Part shown: positions 15,006 through 29,542 of the stretch, one piece after another
How the letters are laid out: the number at the start of each line of letters is the position of its first letter
Position numbering within the stretch: the first letter of the stretch is position 1
NCBI RefSeq assembly: GCF_009914755.1
Contig: NC_060935.1
DNA length: 64,000 nucleotides
DNA from: the human T2T-CHM13v2.0 reference genome, Homo sapiens
Reading direction: 5' to 3' (one strand)
Notes under the pieces: model-generated
Told to the model about the DNA's origin: nothing
What the model saw: only the letters and a program-made list of their open reading frames with translations
The model's database searches: none
Made by a program: the position numbers and the translations under genes

Positions 15006-17168
15006 TGCACGCGATCGATCTCTAGCTCTCAAAGGTGATCCCCAGAGTCTAAAGGTGAGTGTGGAGACCAAGTACTGTCACAGACATCTTAGTAGCCCTG
15101 CCAAGGTCTTCATTTTTGCTAACCAAAAAGTGCCTCTCTTAGGGTAACTCTTCACATCTCTCCTTGGACTTGGTTCCTAAACAATCCTGGGACTCAGAAG
15201 AAAAGTCCTCAACACCAGCACTTTTTTCAGAAAAGAAACAGCATTTATTGAACACCTATTATGGGCCAAGGAAAGTCCTGGGCCTTCTATCCTTCTTACT
15301 TCATTTACTGCCCAACAATCTGTGAAGTGACTAGTGTTAACTTTCTTTTAGATAGTTAAGAAAATAGAGACTTAGAGAACACAAGTAACATGACTAAAGT
15401 CATACAGCTATCAAATAGTGGAGTCAAGTCTCTGAGTTCAAAGTCCTGATCATTTATTCCACATTGCTCAGACCACAGGATAGGCCTGGTCTGTTTTACT
15501 TAGACTTGTTAGAACCTCAGGAACCCACTTCATTGTGCAAAGTGATACCATTTCAGGCAGCAGCGAGCTGAAAACTGAAGAATCCTCTCTTTCACCAAGT
15601 GTGGTGTTCATTAAGCTGCAGGGAGCTGTTAATATTGTCAGCATTTCAAGGCAGCTCTATGCTACCTGAGTAAAGGAAAGAACTAACACCCATCTTTAAA
15701 AAGGCGAATGGAAGTCTTTGCTAACCAAATACTTCAGATAAGCATCTTCCCCATTTGGCTGCAATTACCTTGGTCCCAAGTTACATCATTGCTAGTGAAA
15801 TGATTAACAAAAGAATGGTAATGATACTGATGGTAAATTAAATGGAAATAAAAGGAGCTCAGTGTACTGTTCAATTTCCCACTTGGGGACTACTCCTAAG
15901 CTGTGTTCTTCAGCTTCCCACTGGGAATTTCCACATGTAAATAAATATGCCTGATTGAAACTGCAAACTTAGATGTCTATACATGGCAAGCACTGAAATC
16001 TGAGCTTGAGATTTTTCTCTGCCTCCCAGGTAGTTCCCAAGGCTAATGTCAATGGAGATGGATTTCCCTCCATGAAATGTTCTGATGAATTATGTAAATA
16101 GAGACAAACACCTTATAGGACTGACCTCTGCCACAGAATTTGACATCCTCCTGCCCTAGCCAAACCAAGTGGAAAATTGGATTTAAAGAAAAGACTCAGG
16201 ACTTCATTACAACCCACATGCTTTGTGGTGTCTGGATTCTGATCACCACAAATCAACACAACCCCACCAAGATAAATTGCCAAGAGATGTGACAAGGGAT
16301 GGACATGGCAGATGAGACCCGGTTTATGTCATCAGGAGGCTCTTATCTTGCCAGAAACCCTTTATTAGAGTTTCAGCCACAATCATTAGTTTTTCTAATA
16401 GGACACTGTACAAAGAGAGTGAGGGCCCTGGGTTTAAAACCTAGCTTTGCCTCGTATTAACTGTGTGATTTTGAATGTGTTACTTAAAAAGCTTTCTGAG
16501 CACAAATTTCATCATGTTTAAAATAAGGACAACAATAGTACGTATTTATAAGGTGGCTTTAAGAATTAAAAAGAGAATGTATGTAAAAGACCCAGACTAA
16601 TCGCTCAAGAAATGGAAAGTATTTTTTTGTTTTTGTTTTTGTTTTAAAAAAATCATTATTAGCCTTAAATTAAAGGTTGGTTCTATTTCAGGGTGAATAT
16701 AAACTGGGTTTCAGACTTTGAGTTTTTAATATGACTTGAGTGCCTCTTTGGTCTTGAAATTATATTGATTTTATGCTGTATAAAATTAGATTGGTTTTTA
16801 AAAAATTATTTATCTGCCACTTAGTAGCAATGTAATTCAGAGCAAATCCTACCTTAACTGAGTCTTAGTTTCCTTGTTGGTTTAAACGAAATAGTCTAAG
16901 CAAAAACTGTAAGACTCTCAGAAGAAAACATAGGAGCCAATTTTCCTAATCATTAATTAGGCAGTGGTTTTTTAGATATGACAAAATGCACAGTGATAAA
17001 AGAGAAAATTGATAAGTTGGGCTGTATCAGAATTAAAACTTTTTATGCTTCAAAGGACATCATTGAGAAAGTGAAAAGATAACCCGCAGAGTGGTAGAAG
17101 ATATCTGCAAATCATGTGTCTTGATAAGGGACTTGAATCTAGAGTACATTTAAAAACACATATAACTT

Positions 17169-17898
<730 letters not shown>

Positions 17899-20282
17899 CA
17901 TGGCCAATAAGCACATGGAAATATGCTTGGCATCATTTGCCACCAGGGAAATAAAAATCAAAGCAATAATGAAATAGAAGTTCACATCCACCTGACTATA
18001 GTAAAAAGACAGACGATAACAAGTGTTGGTGAGCATGTGGAGAAATCCATTTTCATTGCTACTGTAAGTGTAAAATGGTGTAGCCACTTTGGAAAACAAT
18101 CTGGCAGTTCATTACAGAATAAATGTAGAGTTCCTGTGTGACCTAGCAATTCCACATCTGGTAACCAAGAGAAATGAAAACAGGTTCACAGAAAAACCTG
18201 TACATGAATGTTTACGAAAGCATTGTTCATAACAGCCACAAAGTGAGAACAACCCAGATGTCCACCAACTGATGACGAACTTTGAGCACACTAGTCTACA
18301 TGAAAGAAGCCAGTCCACAGAGGACCACATATTCCATGATACAGTTTTCACAAAATATTCAGAATCAGAAAATCCTTAGAGATGGAAATTGGATGGGCAG
18401 TTGCCGAAGGCTTGGGAAGAAGGGTTGGGGAAAAATGGGGAATGACTGCTAATAGGTACAGGGTTTCTTCTGGAGGGGAATGAACATGATCCAAAATTAG
18501 ACTATGGCAATGGTTAATCAACTCTGTAAATATACTTTTAAAAAACCATGAAGTTTTTTATGTACACTTAATAAAAAGTAAATGGTCTGGGCAAGATGAT
18601 TTATTTTGATCTTGCCCAATTTAACATTTTTTGGAATAGAAGCCCATCTTGAAATGAGGCTCGGCTCTACAGGAAAAGAATGGCTCTGTCCATGTTAGTG
18701 CACAATGAAGGGAAAGAAGTTGGGCGACTTTGCCAGTACACAGTGACAAAATCCTACCACTCTATTATAAAAATGAGCTAATTCATAAATTAGGTGCCAC
18801 ATATGCAAACTGTAGTTAAGTGCTTAGTAACCACTGACGTTTGATGGGATACTTAACATACGCCTGGCCCTGTTCTTTCCATGGATCTCATTTAATCCTC
18901 ACAACACCTCTATGAAGCTTCAGATGAGAAACTGAGGCTCAGAGGGTTACAGTAAAGACAGGAGGCTGAGAGGCCAGATGCAAATACAGGCAATTTGACT
19001 CTAAGACCTGTGCTCATGACCTCTGGCTATCCTGCCTTGCCTTCTCCATGCAATCCACCTGGGTGCAAACTCTGTGCTTAATCAGCAGAAGCAAATAACC
19101 AAGTCAAAAATAACCTCATAGTTTCTTGCTCGATTTCTTAAAAGCAAGGAGAATGATCATTTCATTTTTCAAAGCCCTGAATTCAGCTTTTCTTACGCTC
19201 AGGCAGACACTGTTATTTGCTTGCAAGGCACATACTCCTGGCTTCCCGGGGCTAGATGTGCTGCTCTTATCTAAGCCAGGCTGACTGGTTTTTTCCTTTT
19301 TCTTTTGTAAATGTCTGTAATCCAGCAGCTTCCCAGCAGGCCCCTGGAGCTCCCGATTGCTCTACACCTGAGAAATTTGCTGCAGAAGCCCTAAGGAAGC
19401 CAGATTTCAAAGTGCATGCTATTTGTTTTTCCTCTCACCTCCAGCCATAACGCTTTGTTTGCAACATAGTAATCGTTCCACAGCCAGTGATTCCTCCATC
19501 ATAAACACAAGAATATGACTCTGGGAATGTAGTGAGCAGTAGGAGACGACAAATTGTTCAGGCATGGCCTTTCCAGCAGGCTGGTCCTGATGTCAGAGCC
19601 TGTGCTGCCTTGGTGCTTGCCTCTCACAGCCCTCCTCTTCCTGCCCACACTAGATGCTACTCTCGAGCCCAGGCCCAATGCAGGCTGCAGAGAAACACCC
19701 AAATGTCTGCTCATAACTCAGAAACCACTGTCCAGCTTTGGAGCTTACCGTGGGGATCAGGAAGGTCAATGCCCAGCCCTCAGCAAGAACTGCCAGCTTC
19801 TTTTGGTATGGGCACCCAGGCCTCCAGCCTGTGGTACAGAATGCACCTGTGTGGGAATGCATGTGAGTGCCCGAGTCTGTGAACATTCAGCCTGCTGTGC
19901 AGGCCTCATGAGTTCTGTTTGGCTACCTGGGCTCCATACAGGCAGCTGGGCCTCTGTGTGGGTACACTCACCTCTCTGTGAGCACCTGGGCACACTGGAT
20001 CTCGGTGCCCCTCCAGATAACACCTAGTTAGCACCTTGGCCTGTGAGAGGACGCTGAGGCCCCAGCCAGGTCCCCTTCTCAGAGGCCTTTAATCTTCCAC
20101 GGTTCTTGCAAAGAATGGAGACGTGCCCCCAGCCCTGGGATTGTCCACAGCCTTGGAAGGCAGGTTGGCCTGGCATGTGGGTGGCATGCAGAAGATGGGA
20201 CTGGTACAGAGAAAAGTGGCCATTTTTTCAGGAAAGGAGGCCTTCTCCACAGAGGGCCAGGCCCTGGCAGAAATACCCCAGG

Positions 20283-20562
20283 CCTTTTCTCTGTCCTCTT
20301 CCTCATGCTCCTCCCTCCGCCTCCGCCCTTCCTCTGCCCTTCCCCGTAGGCTCCCTCTCCCCTATCTTGTCTTTGTCTCCTTCCCTCTTTCCTCCTCCTC
20401 TGCTTTTCTCTTTTTTCCCTTTCTTCCCTTCCTCACCCCATTCCCTATCCCTCTCCACATTTCTGTGTCTTCCAGTCTGTTTCCCCCTTTTTCTCGTCTC
20501 CTTGCTCCCTCTCTTTCTCTGAGTCTGCCTGCTTTCTCCTCTTTCCCATCTACCTCCTCTTA
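20283..20562. repeat. CT-rich low-complexity tract
   Basis: ~280 bp strongly pyrimidine-biased on the + strand. Confidence 0.8.
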
Positions 20563-22211
20563 TGCTCACCAGGATTCCTCTCTAGGCTGCCCACCAGGTC
20601 CCCTGGAGCATTCACAAGACTGCTGGATTGACCACCTGATCCCCGTGCGCCCAGGCAAGGTGAGGCGCGGCCATCGTCCTGCCTAGGTCCCTGCCCAAAA
20701 CACACAGCACTGCAGCCAGTTGCTTGGGCTCAGAGGACCACTGTGGGCACAAGTGGCCCCTTTGGAAGGCCACTTCCTTTGCAGATAACTAGCGCTTGCA
20801 CAAACGAATTGTCAAGGTCTGAGTTTAAAAAGAAGAGAAATCTCCAAACTAAAAGCCAGAGTGCTATAATGACCTCGCCTGGGGGTGACATCAACCCCAA
20901 ACACTGATTCCCACCTCATTCCAGCCTCCCTCCGGTTGGGGGGCCCTATGGGGGATGCTGAGCTCAACCTCTGGGTTCCCTGTCCTCAAATGATTTACAG
21001 GTGGTCTACGGAGGGCCACAGGGCCACGCGCGGTCACCACACCACAGCTTCCTGCATGGCCCGATCTCTCAGGGTGAGATTGACTGCTCTGATAATGCTC
21101 CTCTTTTCTTTAACTGCCTGGGAAGCCCAGAGAGTGGGAAGAACCTGACCAGAGAGGGTATAGCACCTGATCAAAGGGCAAATCAACTGGCTCCAATCCC
21201 TCCAAGAAGGGACAAGAAAGTGCCAGTGAAATGTAATGGGACAGAGATAATTTCTTTTTCCAAGACTCCGCTAGGGGAAAGGACACAGGCCTACTTGGGT
21301 AAACCACTTGAAGTGGGTGGAAGTGGTGAGACCTTCCAAACATGTTTTGCTTGAGTAACAGCAGGTAAGCACTGCCCCCTGACCTGGGAATGTCGGTCAG
21401 GTTAATTGGAGGGGAGGTAGGAAAGTCTGGGCCAGAGCTGACAGCTTGGGCAAGGAAGGTGAGAAGCTGGACCCTGCAGAATTTTCCATCTCAGCCTTTC
21501 CCTCACAGGGCTCAGTCTTATCTTTAAATGGCACAGAATGTTTGACTGAAGAGGCATCTAATTATCAGGCCCCCAGGATCCTTGAGACCTGGTCTGGCTA
21601 TGTGGCTGCCTCAGTTCCCCAGTCCCCACCACCCCCTTTTCCAGGCCTCCCTTTCTGCATTTGAAGAATGTGGGGCTGGACTCCATGGGTCTCTCAAGGT
21701 CCGGCCTGCTGGGTCAATCTGTGAGTCTGTGCTGTGATTCACTCTGAAATCAAGGCTGAGTGATAGAATTGGAAGCTCTTCCTGTACATTTTCTCGATGG
21801 TTCTCTTAGGTTTGTTTATTCCTCACAGTCTCTCTGATCCTGGCCTAAAAGAACTGGGCCACAATCTGATGATCAAAACAACTGGTGCAGGACAATTGCT
21901 TTGATTTGCTGTTGGCTTCAAATCTGGATTAATGGTTGCCTTTCTAATTAAGCCTCTGAGCACAGGATTTAAAAACTCACAGGTGTCAGGTCCTTAAAAT
22001 GGACCAGCCCCTCCTACTCTGTCTCAAGGCTCCTTTTCTATTACATAAAAAATATTTTTTAATATCCTTTTTACTATCCTGAAATTGAATTCATAAATAA
22101 TATAAGCCACTTATGCACATGATTTTAAAAATCATTATAATGTTCTTAGTACATTATATAGGAGACATAAGAAGAATTTATTACAAAATACATATTTTAA
22201 TACAGAAATGT

Positions 22212-24439
22212 CTCTCCCTCTCCCTCTCCCTCTCCCTCTCCCTCTCCCTCCCTCTCTCCCTCTCCCTCTCCCTCCCTCTCTCCCTCTCCCTCCCTCTCTC
22301 CACGGTCTCCCTCTGATGCCGAGCCAAAGCTGGACGGTACTGCTGCCATCTCGGCTCACTGCAACCTCCCTGCCTGATTCTCCTGCCTCAGCCTGCCGAG
22401 TGCCTGCGATTGCAGGCGCGCGTCGCCACGCCTGACTGGTTTTCGGTTTTTTTTTGGTGGAGACGGGGTTTTGCTGTGTTGGCCGGGCTGGTCTCCAGCT
22501 CCTAACCGCGAGTGATCCGCCAGCCTCGGCCTCCCGAGGTGCCGGGATTGCAGACAGAGTCTCGTTCACTCAGTGCTCAATGGTGCCCAGGCTGGAGTGC
22601 AGTGGCGTGATCTCGGCTCGCTACAACCACCTCCCACCCGCCTGCCTTGGCCCCCCAAAGTGCCGAGATTGCAGCCTCTGCCCAGCCGCCACCCCGTCTG
22701 GGAAGTGAGGAGCGTCTCTGCCTGGCCCCCCATCGTCTGGGATATGAGGAGCCTCTCTGCCTGGCTGCCCAGTCTGGAAAGTGAGGAGCGTCTCTGCCCG
22801 GCCGCCATCCCATCTAGGAAGCGAGGAGCGCCTCTTCCCCGCCGCCATCCCATCTAGGAAGTGAGGAGCGTCTCTGCCCGGCCGCCCATTGTCTGAGATG
22901 TGGGGAGCACCTCTGCCCCGCCGCCCTGTCTGGGATGTGAGGAGCGCCTCTGCGGGGCCGCAACCCTGTCTGGGAGGTGAGGAGCGTCTCTGCCCGGCCG
23001 CCCCGTCTGAGAAGTGAGGAAACCCTCTGCCTAGCAACCGCCCCGTCTGGGAAGTGAGGAGCCCCTCCGCCTGGCAGCCACCCCGTCTGGAAAGTGAGGA
23101 GCGTCTCCGCCCGGCAGCCACCCCGTCCGGGAGGGAGGTGGGGGGGGTCAGCCCCCCGCCCGGCCAGCCGCCCCGTCCGGGAGGTGAGGGGCTCCTCTGC
23201 CCGGCCGCCCCTACTGGGAAGTGAGGAGCCCCTCTGCCCGGCCAGTCGCCCCGTCCAGGAGGGAGGTGGGGGGGTCAGCCCCCCGCCCGGCCAGCCGCCC
23301 CGTCCGGGAGGGAGGTGGGGGGGGTCAGCCCCCCGCCCGGCCAGCCGCCCAGTCCGGGAGGGAGGTGGGGGGATCAGCCCCCCGCCTGGCCAGCCGCCCC
23401 GTCCGGGAGGTGAGGGGCGCCTCTGCCCGGCCGCCCCTACTGGGAAGTGAGGAGCCCCTCTGCCCCGCCAGCCGCCCCGTCCGGGAGGGAGGTGGGGGGG
23501 TCAGCCCCCCGCCCGGCCAGCCGCCCCGTCCAGGAGGGAGGTGGGGGGATCAGCCCCCCGCCTGGCCAGCCGCCCCGTCCGGGAGGTGAGGGGCGCCTCT
23601 GCCCGGCCGCCCCTACTGGGAAGTGAGGAGCCCCTCTGCCCGGCCAGCCGCCCCGTCCGGGAGGGAGGCGGGGGGGGGGGGGGGGTCGGCCAGCCGCCCT
23701 GTCCGGGAGGGAGGTGGGGGGGTCAGCCCCCCGCCCGGCCGGCCGCCCCATCCGGGAGGTGAGGGGCGCCTCTGCCCGGCCGCCCCTACTGGGAAGTGAG
23801 GACCCCTCTGCCCGGCCAGCCGCCCCATCCGGGAGGTGAGGGGCGCTTCTGCCCGGCCGCCCCTACTGGGAAGTGAGGAGCCCCTCTGCCCGGCCACGAC
23901 CCCGTCTGGGAGGTGTGCCCAGCGGCTCATTGGGGATGGGCCATGATGACAATGGCGGTTTTGTGGAATAGAAAGGCGGGAAGGGTGGGGAAAAAATTGA
24001 GAAATCGGATGGTTGCCGGGTCTGTGTGGATAGAAGTAGACATGGGAGACTTTTCATTTTGTTCTGTACTAAGAAAAATTCTTCTGCCTTGGGATCCTGT
24101 TGATCTGTGACCTTATCCCCAACCCTGTGCTCTCTGAAACATGTGCTGTGTCCACTCAGGGTTAAATGGATTAAGGGCGGTGCAAGATGTGCTTTGTTAA
24201 ACAGATGCTTGAAGGCAGCATGCTCGTTAAGAGTCATCACCACTCCCTAATCTTAAGTACCCAGGGACACAAACACTGCGGAAGGCCGCAGGGTCCTCTG
24301 CCTAGGAAAACCAGAGACCTTTGTTCACTTGTTTATCTGCTGACCTTCCCTCCACTGTTGTCCTATGACCCTGCCAAATCCCCCTCTGCGAGAAACACCC
24401 AAGAATGATCAATAAAAAAAAAAATTAAAAAAAAAATAA
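22212..24439 (+). mobile_element. Full-length SVA retrotransposon (SVA_E-like)
   Basis: (CCCTCT)n hexamer, antisense Alu-like region, GC-rich VNTR, SINE-R, aataaa plus A tail; 13-bp TSD aatacagaaatgt at 22199-22211 and 24440-24452. Confidence 0.96.
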
Positions 24440-24495
24440 AATACAGAAATGTTTGATTACATCCTAACTAGAGACATAATGAAGTACTCAGAAGT

Positions 24496-25004
24496 CTACA
24501 CCTACACATAGAATCATGGATATACTTACACATAGAACCACATGCTACACCTATGCGTAGAATCATGGATATACCTACACATAGAACCACGTGCTATACC
24601 TATATGTAGAATCATGGATATACCTACACATAGAACCACATGCTACACCTATGCATAGAATCATGGATATACTTACACATAGAACCACATGCTATACCTA
24701 TGTGTAGAATCATGGATATACCTACACATAGAACCACGTGCTATACCTGTGCATAAAATGATGGATATACTTACACATAGAACCACATGCTACACCTATG
24801 CATAGAATCATGGATATACTTACATATAGAACCACATACTGTACCTATGTGTAGAATCATGGATATACTTACACATAGAACCACATACTATACCTATGCA
24901 CAGAATCATGGATATACTTACACATAGAACTGCATGCTTTACCTATGCATAGAATCATGGATATACTTACACACAGAATCACATACTCTACCTATGCATA
25001 GAAT
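24496..25004. repeat. 49-bp minisatellite, ~10 copies
   Basis: Unit tacytacacatagaaccacatgctayacctatgcatagaatcatggata. Confidence 0.92.
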
Positions 25005-25182
25005 ATGCATTGATATACTGATGCATATGTGATTCTATGTCTATGACTGTGACCAGTAGCACTCCCCATGCACATGTATACAGGAGCATTATATTGCTGA
25101 TTCAGATACCATGAGCAATGTTGATTTTCCAAAATGTGTTCCAAAAGAGTTTAAACAACTCTTGACTTAAAAAAAAATAAAT

Positions 25183-25760
25183 AATTCAGCAATCCTGCTT
25201 CTAAGTATATGCCCAAGTGAAATGAAATATATGTCCTCTCAAAGACTTGTATAGGAATATTCATAGCAGCCAAATTCCTAAGAGCCAAAACCTAGCAACA
25301 ATTCAAATGTCCATCAAGCTGATAAATGGATAAACAAAATGTGGTTTACTGCTATGGAATATTATTCAGCAATAAAAAGAAACAAACTATAATCCATGGT
25401 ACAATGTGGATGAATCTTAAAAAACAGGATGCTAAGTGAAAGGAGAGAAATACAAAAGACTATATATTGTATGATTCTTTATATGTAAAATTTCTAGAAA
25501 AGACAGATCTACAGAAACAGTAAGCAAATCAGTGGTTGCCTGGGGCTTGGGGTGGGAGTGATAATTGACAGCAAACCGGTATAAGGAAACTTGTTGGAAG
25601 GAAGGAACTGTTCTGAAGCTGGATTTTGATGATACATGCCCAACTCCATCAAATTTACCAAAATCACAGAATTGAATAAACACAAACTGAATTGATATCA
25701 CTGAAAAAATGAATTAATTTTCTGGCATATAAGTCATACTTCGATAAAACTGTTTTTAAA
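25183..25760 (+). mobile_element. L1MB/MC 3' end
   Basis: cagcaatcctgcttctaagtat...aaatgtccatcaa...gatgaatctt...atcagtggttgcctgggg. Confidence 0.75.
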
Positions 25761-27589
25761 AGATGTGGATTTCTTTTGATTTATATGGTAATTCCATTTT
25801 CAAAAGTTCAACACACACTGGTATGGTGCAAAAACAACTTGTGTTCCTATTTAAAGCAGAGCTAGTTTTTATCTGACTGGAGTCAGACAATTATGAACAA
25901 GTTTTTCATCTACATGAGTATCCAGGAGGACATGTGACAGTTGTGCAGGATGTGGGATGGTTTTTCACTGTGGGGGACTGTCCTGTGTATTACAGGTTAT
26001 CTAACAGCCCTGCCCCTGCCCAGTAAATGCCAGAAACAACCTCCAGTCATTGGGACACTGTAAAATGCCCCCATAACTTTCCAGATCACCTCCCAGGAAA
26101 TGGTTTCTCCCCCACTGAGAATCCCTGAGGTAGCCTAGCATCACATAAGGAAACTGAGACCAAGTGAAAGGAAACTTGCCGAGTGTCACAGAGTGAGCTA
26201 GGGTTTAGCAGGATTGAACCCAGACATCCTAAATCACAGTCCAGAGTTCCTCAGCCCATTCCAGGCCTTTTCACTCTTTTCTTCATCTCCAGACTTCTTC
26301 ATCATTCTGGTTATAGCATGTAAACAGCTCAATTTCATTCAGAATTCTGGAAAAGACAGGCAGGAGGCCAGAACTTGTTGGTATTATGCTGACACATGAA
26401 TGTCACTCTCAGGGAATTCAAGCAATGGGGGCAGCCGTTCTAAGGGTCCCAAATATGAAGCTGTGGTGGGTATATGGACCCAAGGATGTCAGATACCCAC
26501 TATGCAGGCTGCGGTTCAACCTCTCCTCCCCATGGTAGATACTGATGGTCCCCACGGTAGACATTGATTGTTGACAATAGTGCACTTCCCATCTGAGACT
26601 GGATACAAACTGCCTCCTTCTTAAGGCAGACGTTGTCAATTAACTGAAATTTGCAGAAGAGAAACAGTTACTATCCTGGGGTGCTGGAAAAAGCTGGGTG
26701 CAGGTCTGAGACAAAGAACCAACATTAGTCCAGAAAGTTCAGCCCAGGAGAAGAGAAGAAGGGGTGCATGACAAAGAAACAGACAAAAATGGAAGACTAG
26801 ACAAGGACACTGGAAAGAGTTTCAGGCTTTAGCTCAGGCAGATGGGTCCTCAGAGAGCAGATGCTCAGTAACTGCTTGATGAATGACCACTGATAGAAGA
26901 ACAGGGACTGTCTGTCCTGGTTTTACAGCAACCTCTTAGTCCCCAAGCAGGTGTTTGCTGCTCCCCAAATTAAGGCTGGCGTCCCCAGGCCTCTGAAGCT
27001 GATCTCACAGCCTGGGCTTTGTGGAGGGTCCTTGACCCTTTTTAAAGGAGTTCAACCTGAGCCCAGGTTGTTCCCTAGAACAGCTAGGGGTGATCCCAAG
27101 AACAGGTTTCTCTTGGAGGCAACTGGAGAGATTCATACAATAGCTGAGATTTGGGGCACTGGAGTCTAGAGGCCAAGTGCATAGACTTTGAAGTCAGACA
27201 GACCTGAGTTTGGATCCCAATGTTGCTAATTACTAGCTGCCTGATCTTGAGCAAGTTGCTTCTCTGAGGTCATTTTTCTCACCTCTCCCTGGGATCTAAT
27301 TCACAGCGTGTTGTGAGGATTAAATGAATGGACATTCATCTGGCTTTTCAACATCTATTCATCTCTTCCTCCATTTGAAAGCAGCCATGTAATTTGGTTA
27401 GAAAAGCCTGCATCCCAAACTCCAGAAATAGGCCATGGTTGATCCAATCAATTAGGATAACACCAGCCCTGTTGCTACACTGATTGGTCGAGGGATGAGT
27501 TACCTAGGCTATGCCAATCAACATGTGAATTTCTCCTGGTTGGTTCAGTTTGCTTTGGTCAGAGTAAAGTTCAGAAATTTCTTTGATGG

Positions 27590-27885
27590 GGCTGGGTGTG
27601 GTGCCTCATGCCTGTAAGTAACTCTGGCACTTTAAGAGGGCAAAGTGGGGAATCACTTGAGGCCAAAAATTTGAGACCAGCCTAGGAAACAAAGTAAGAC
27701 CTTGTCTCTATAAAAAGTACAAAAAAAACCTAGCCAGCATGATGGCATGCACCTATAGTTCCAGCTACTTGGGAGGCTTAGCTGGGAGTATTGCTTGAGC
27801 CCAGGAGGTTAAGGCTGCAGTGAGCCATGATTGCACCACCGTACTCCAGCCTGGGTGGCAGAGTGAGACAGAGTCTCAAAAAAAG
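27590..27885 (+). mobile_element. AluJ inside an old ERVL-type LTR (~27340-28150)
   Basis: Alu dimer; TSD tttgatgg. Confidence 0.85.
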
Positions 27886-28296
27886 TTATTTGATGGTAGA
27901 TATTGTTTGATGGTAGAGCTCTCCATCCCTGTGCCTCCCCTAAATGTGAACGAGGAATTGTGTGGCACCAGTTACAACCAGCAGCCATTTTGAATCCATG
28001 AGTAAATCCAGCCTAAGGAAAGCCAACACATGGAACTGGGTGGAGCTGAATTACAGGGAAGCCAAGTCAGAGCCCTGATCAAACTTTACCCTGTCCATGA
28101 ACATTTTAAGCAAAATTTGAGAGGGGCTTCCTTTTACTTAAAACATAAAAAGCACATATAAGTCATCAATAAATGCTAGCAATCAAAACTGTATTACAAT
28201 CAAGAGGATTACTAATTGAAGCCCGAAAAAGAGTTTGATATTTTCAGCATACGACACATCAACAACTTTCCCAATGGTATTCATTTATTTCTCCAA

Positions 28297-28548
28297 TTCT
28301 TCTTCCTCTTCTCTTCCTCCTTCTTCCTCTTCCTCTTCCTCCTCCTCTTCTCCTCCTCCTTCCTCCTCCTTCCTCCTCCCTCTTCCTCCCTCCCCCTCCC
28401 CTCCTCCTCCTCTTTCTTCTTCTTCTTCTTCCTCTTCCTCCTCCTCCTCCTTCTTCTTTCTTTTTCTTTCTCCTCCTTCCTCCTTTTTCTTTCTCCTTCT
28501 CCTTCTTCTTCTCCCTCCTCCTCCTCCTCCTTCCTCCTCCTCCTCCTT
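28297..28548. repeat. 252-bp pure pyrimidine (TCC/TTC)n tract at the tail position of an Alu
   Basis: Only C and T on the + strand; lies between the TSD and the Alu body. Confidence 0.92.
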
Positions 28549-28829
<281 letters not shown>

Positions 28830-29542
28830 TACCAATTCTTCAAACAAATTAATTCAACAAATAATTATTGCCTTTCTACTGTGTGACAAGCCTGGTGCTA
28901 GGTGTGGGGTTAGAGTGGGGAGCAAGATGGAGATGATGCTGCATTATCAGAGTTTATTATCTAGAAATTAGGTAAGCATTTAAAGGGTGATAAGTGTTAA
29001 CATGAAGAATGGTAGCAGGAATGGATAAGTGTACTGGCCAGCATCCTGCCCACACATCCCCTCACCTCTGATAAGTTTCTTTCTTACTAAGCAGAAAGGA
29101 AAGCCTGCACACTCACAAATGTGGGAATATTTAAAATGAAAACCTTGCAAGATGATAGTGCATGGAGAAACTCTACATCAAAGTCATATGGTTTTCAGTG
29201 TGAAGATGTCAGGATCCTCCCTCCCTCCCTCCCTCCCTCCCTCCCTTCCTTCCTTCCTTTGCTTCAGCCAGGTATGCCTTCTTTACCTTCCTCTATCTCC
29301 TTACCTTCATCTACCTTTAAGACCCAGCAGGGACTCCATAAGAGGCTCCCTGGCCAACATAGGTGCTTACATTCTCCCTCCTGGGGCCTTGCATCTGTTT
29401 TCTTCAAGAGCTCACCGTATTCTACTCCTTTAGTTACCCTGGGTCTCCTAGTATCCAGCTGCCTGTTCTTCCAGCTGTCTATCACCTTGTCTTGTGCTCC
29501 AGGATCTGAGCTCTCATAATTTGCATTTGTCTCAATGATATC

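Noticed and set aside
15008-15025. CpG-dense cacgcgatcgatct motif
   Set aside because: Too short to distinguish from chance; no supporting structure.
19499-20686. Cluster of 70-187-aa ORFs
   Set aside because: No recognisable domain, overlapping on both strands, partly low-complexity.
22135-24408. Many overlapping Pro/Arg/Gly-rich ORFs
   Set aside because: GC-rich SVA VNTR lacks stop codons by composition; no protein signal.
24496-25004. CRISPR-like array or SVA 3' transduction
   Set aside because: No unique spacers and the DNA is eukaryotic; the array lies outside the SVA TSD.
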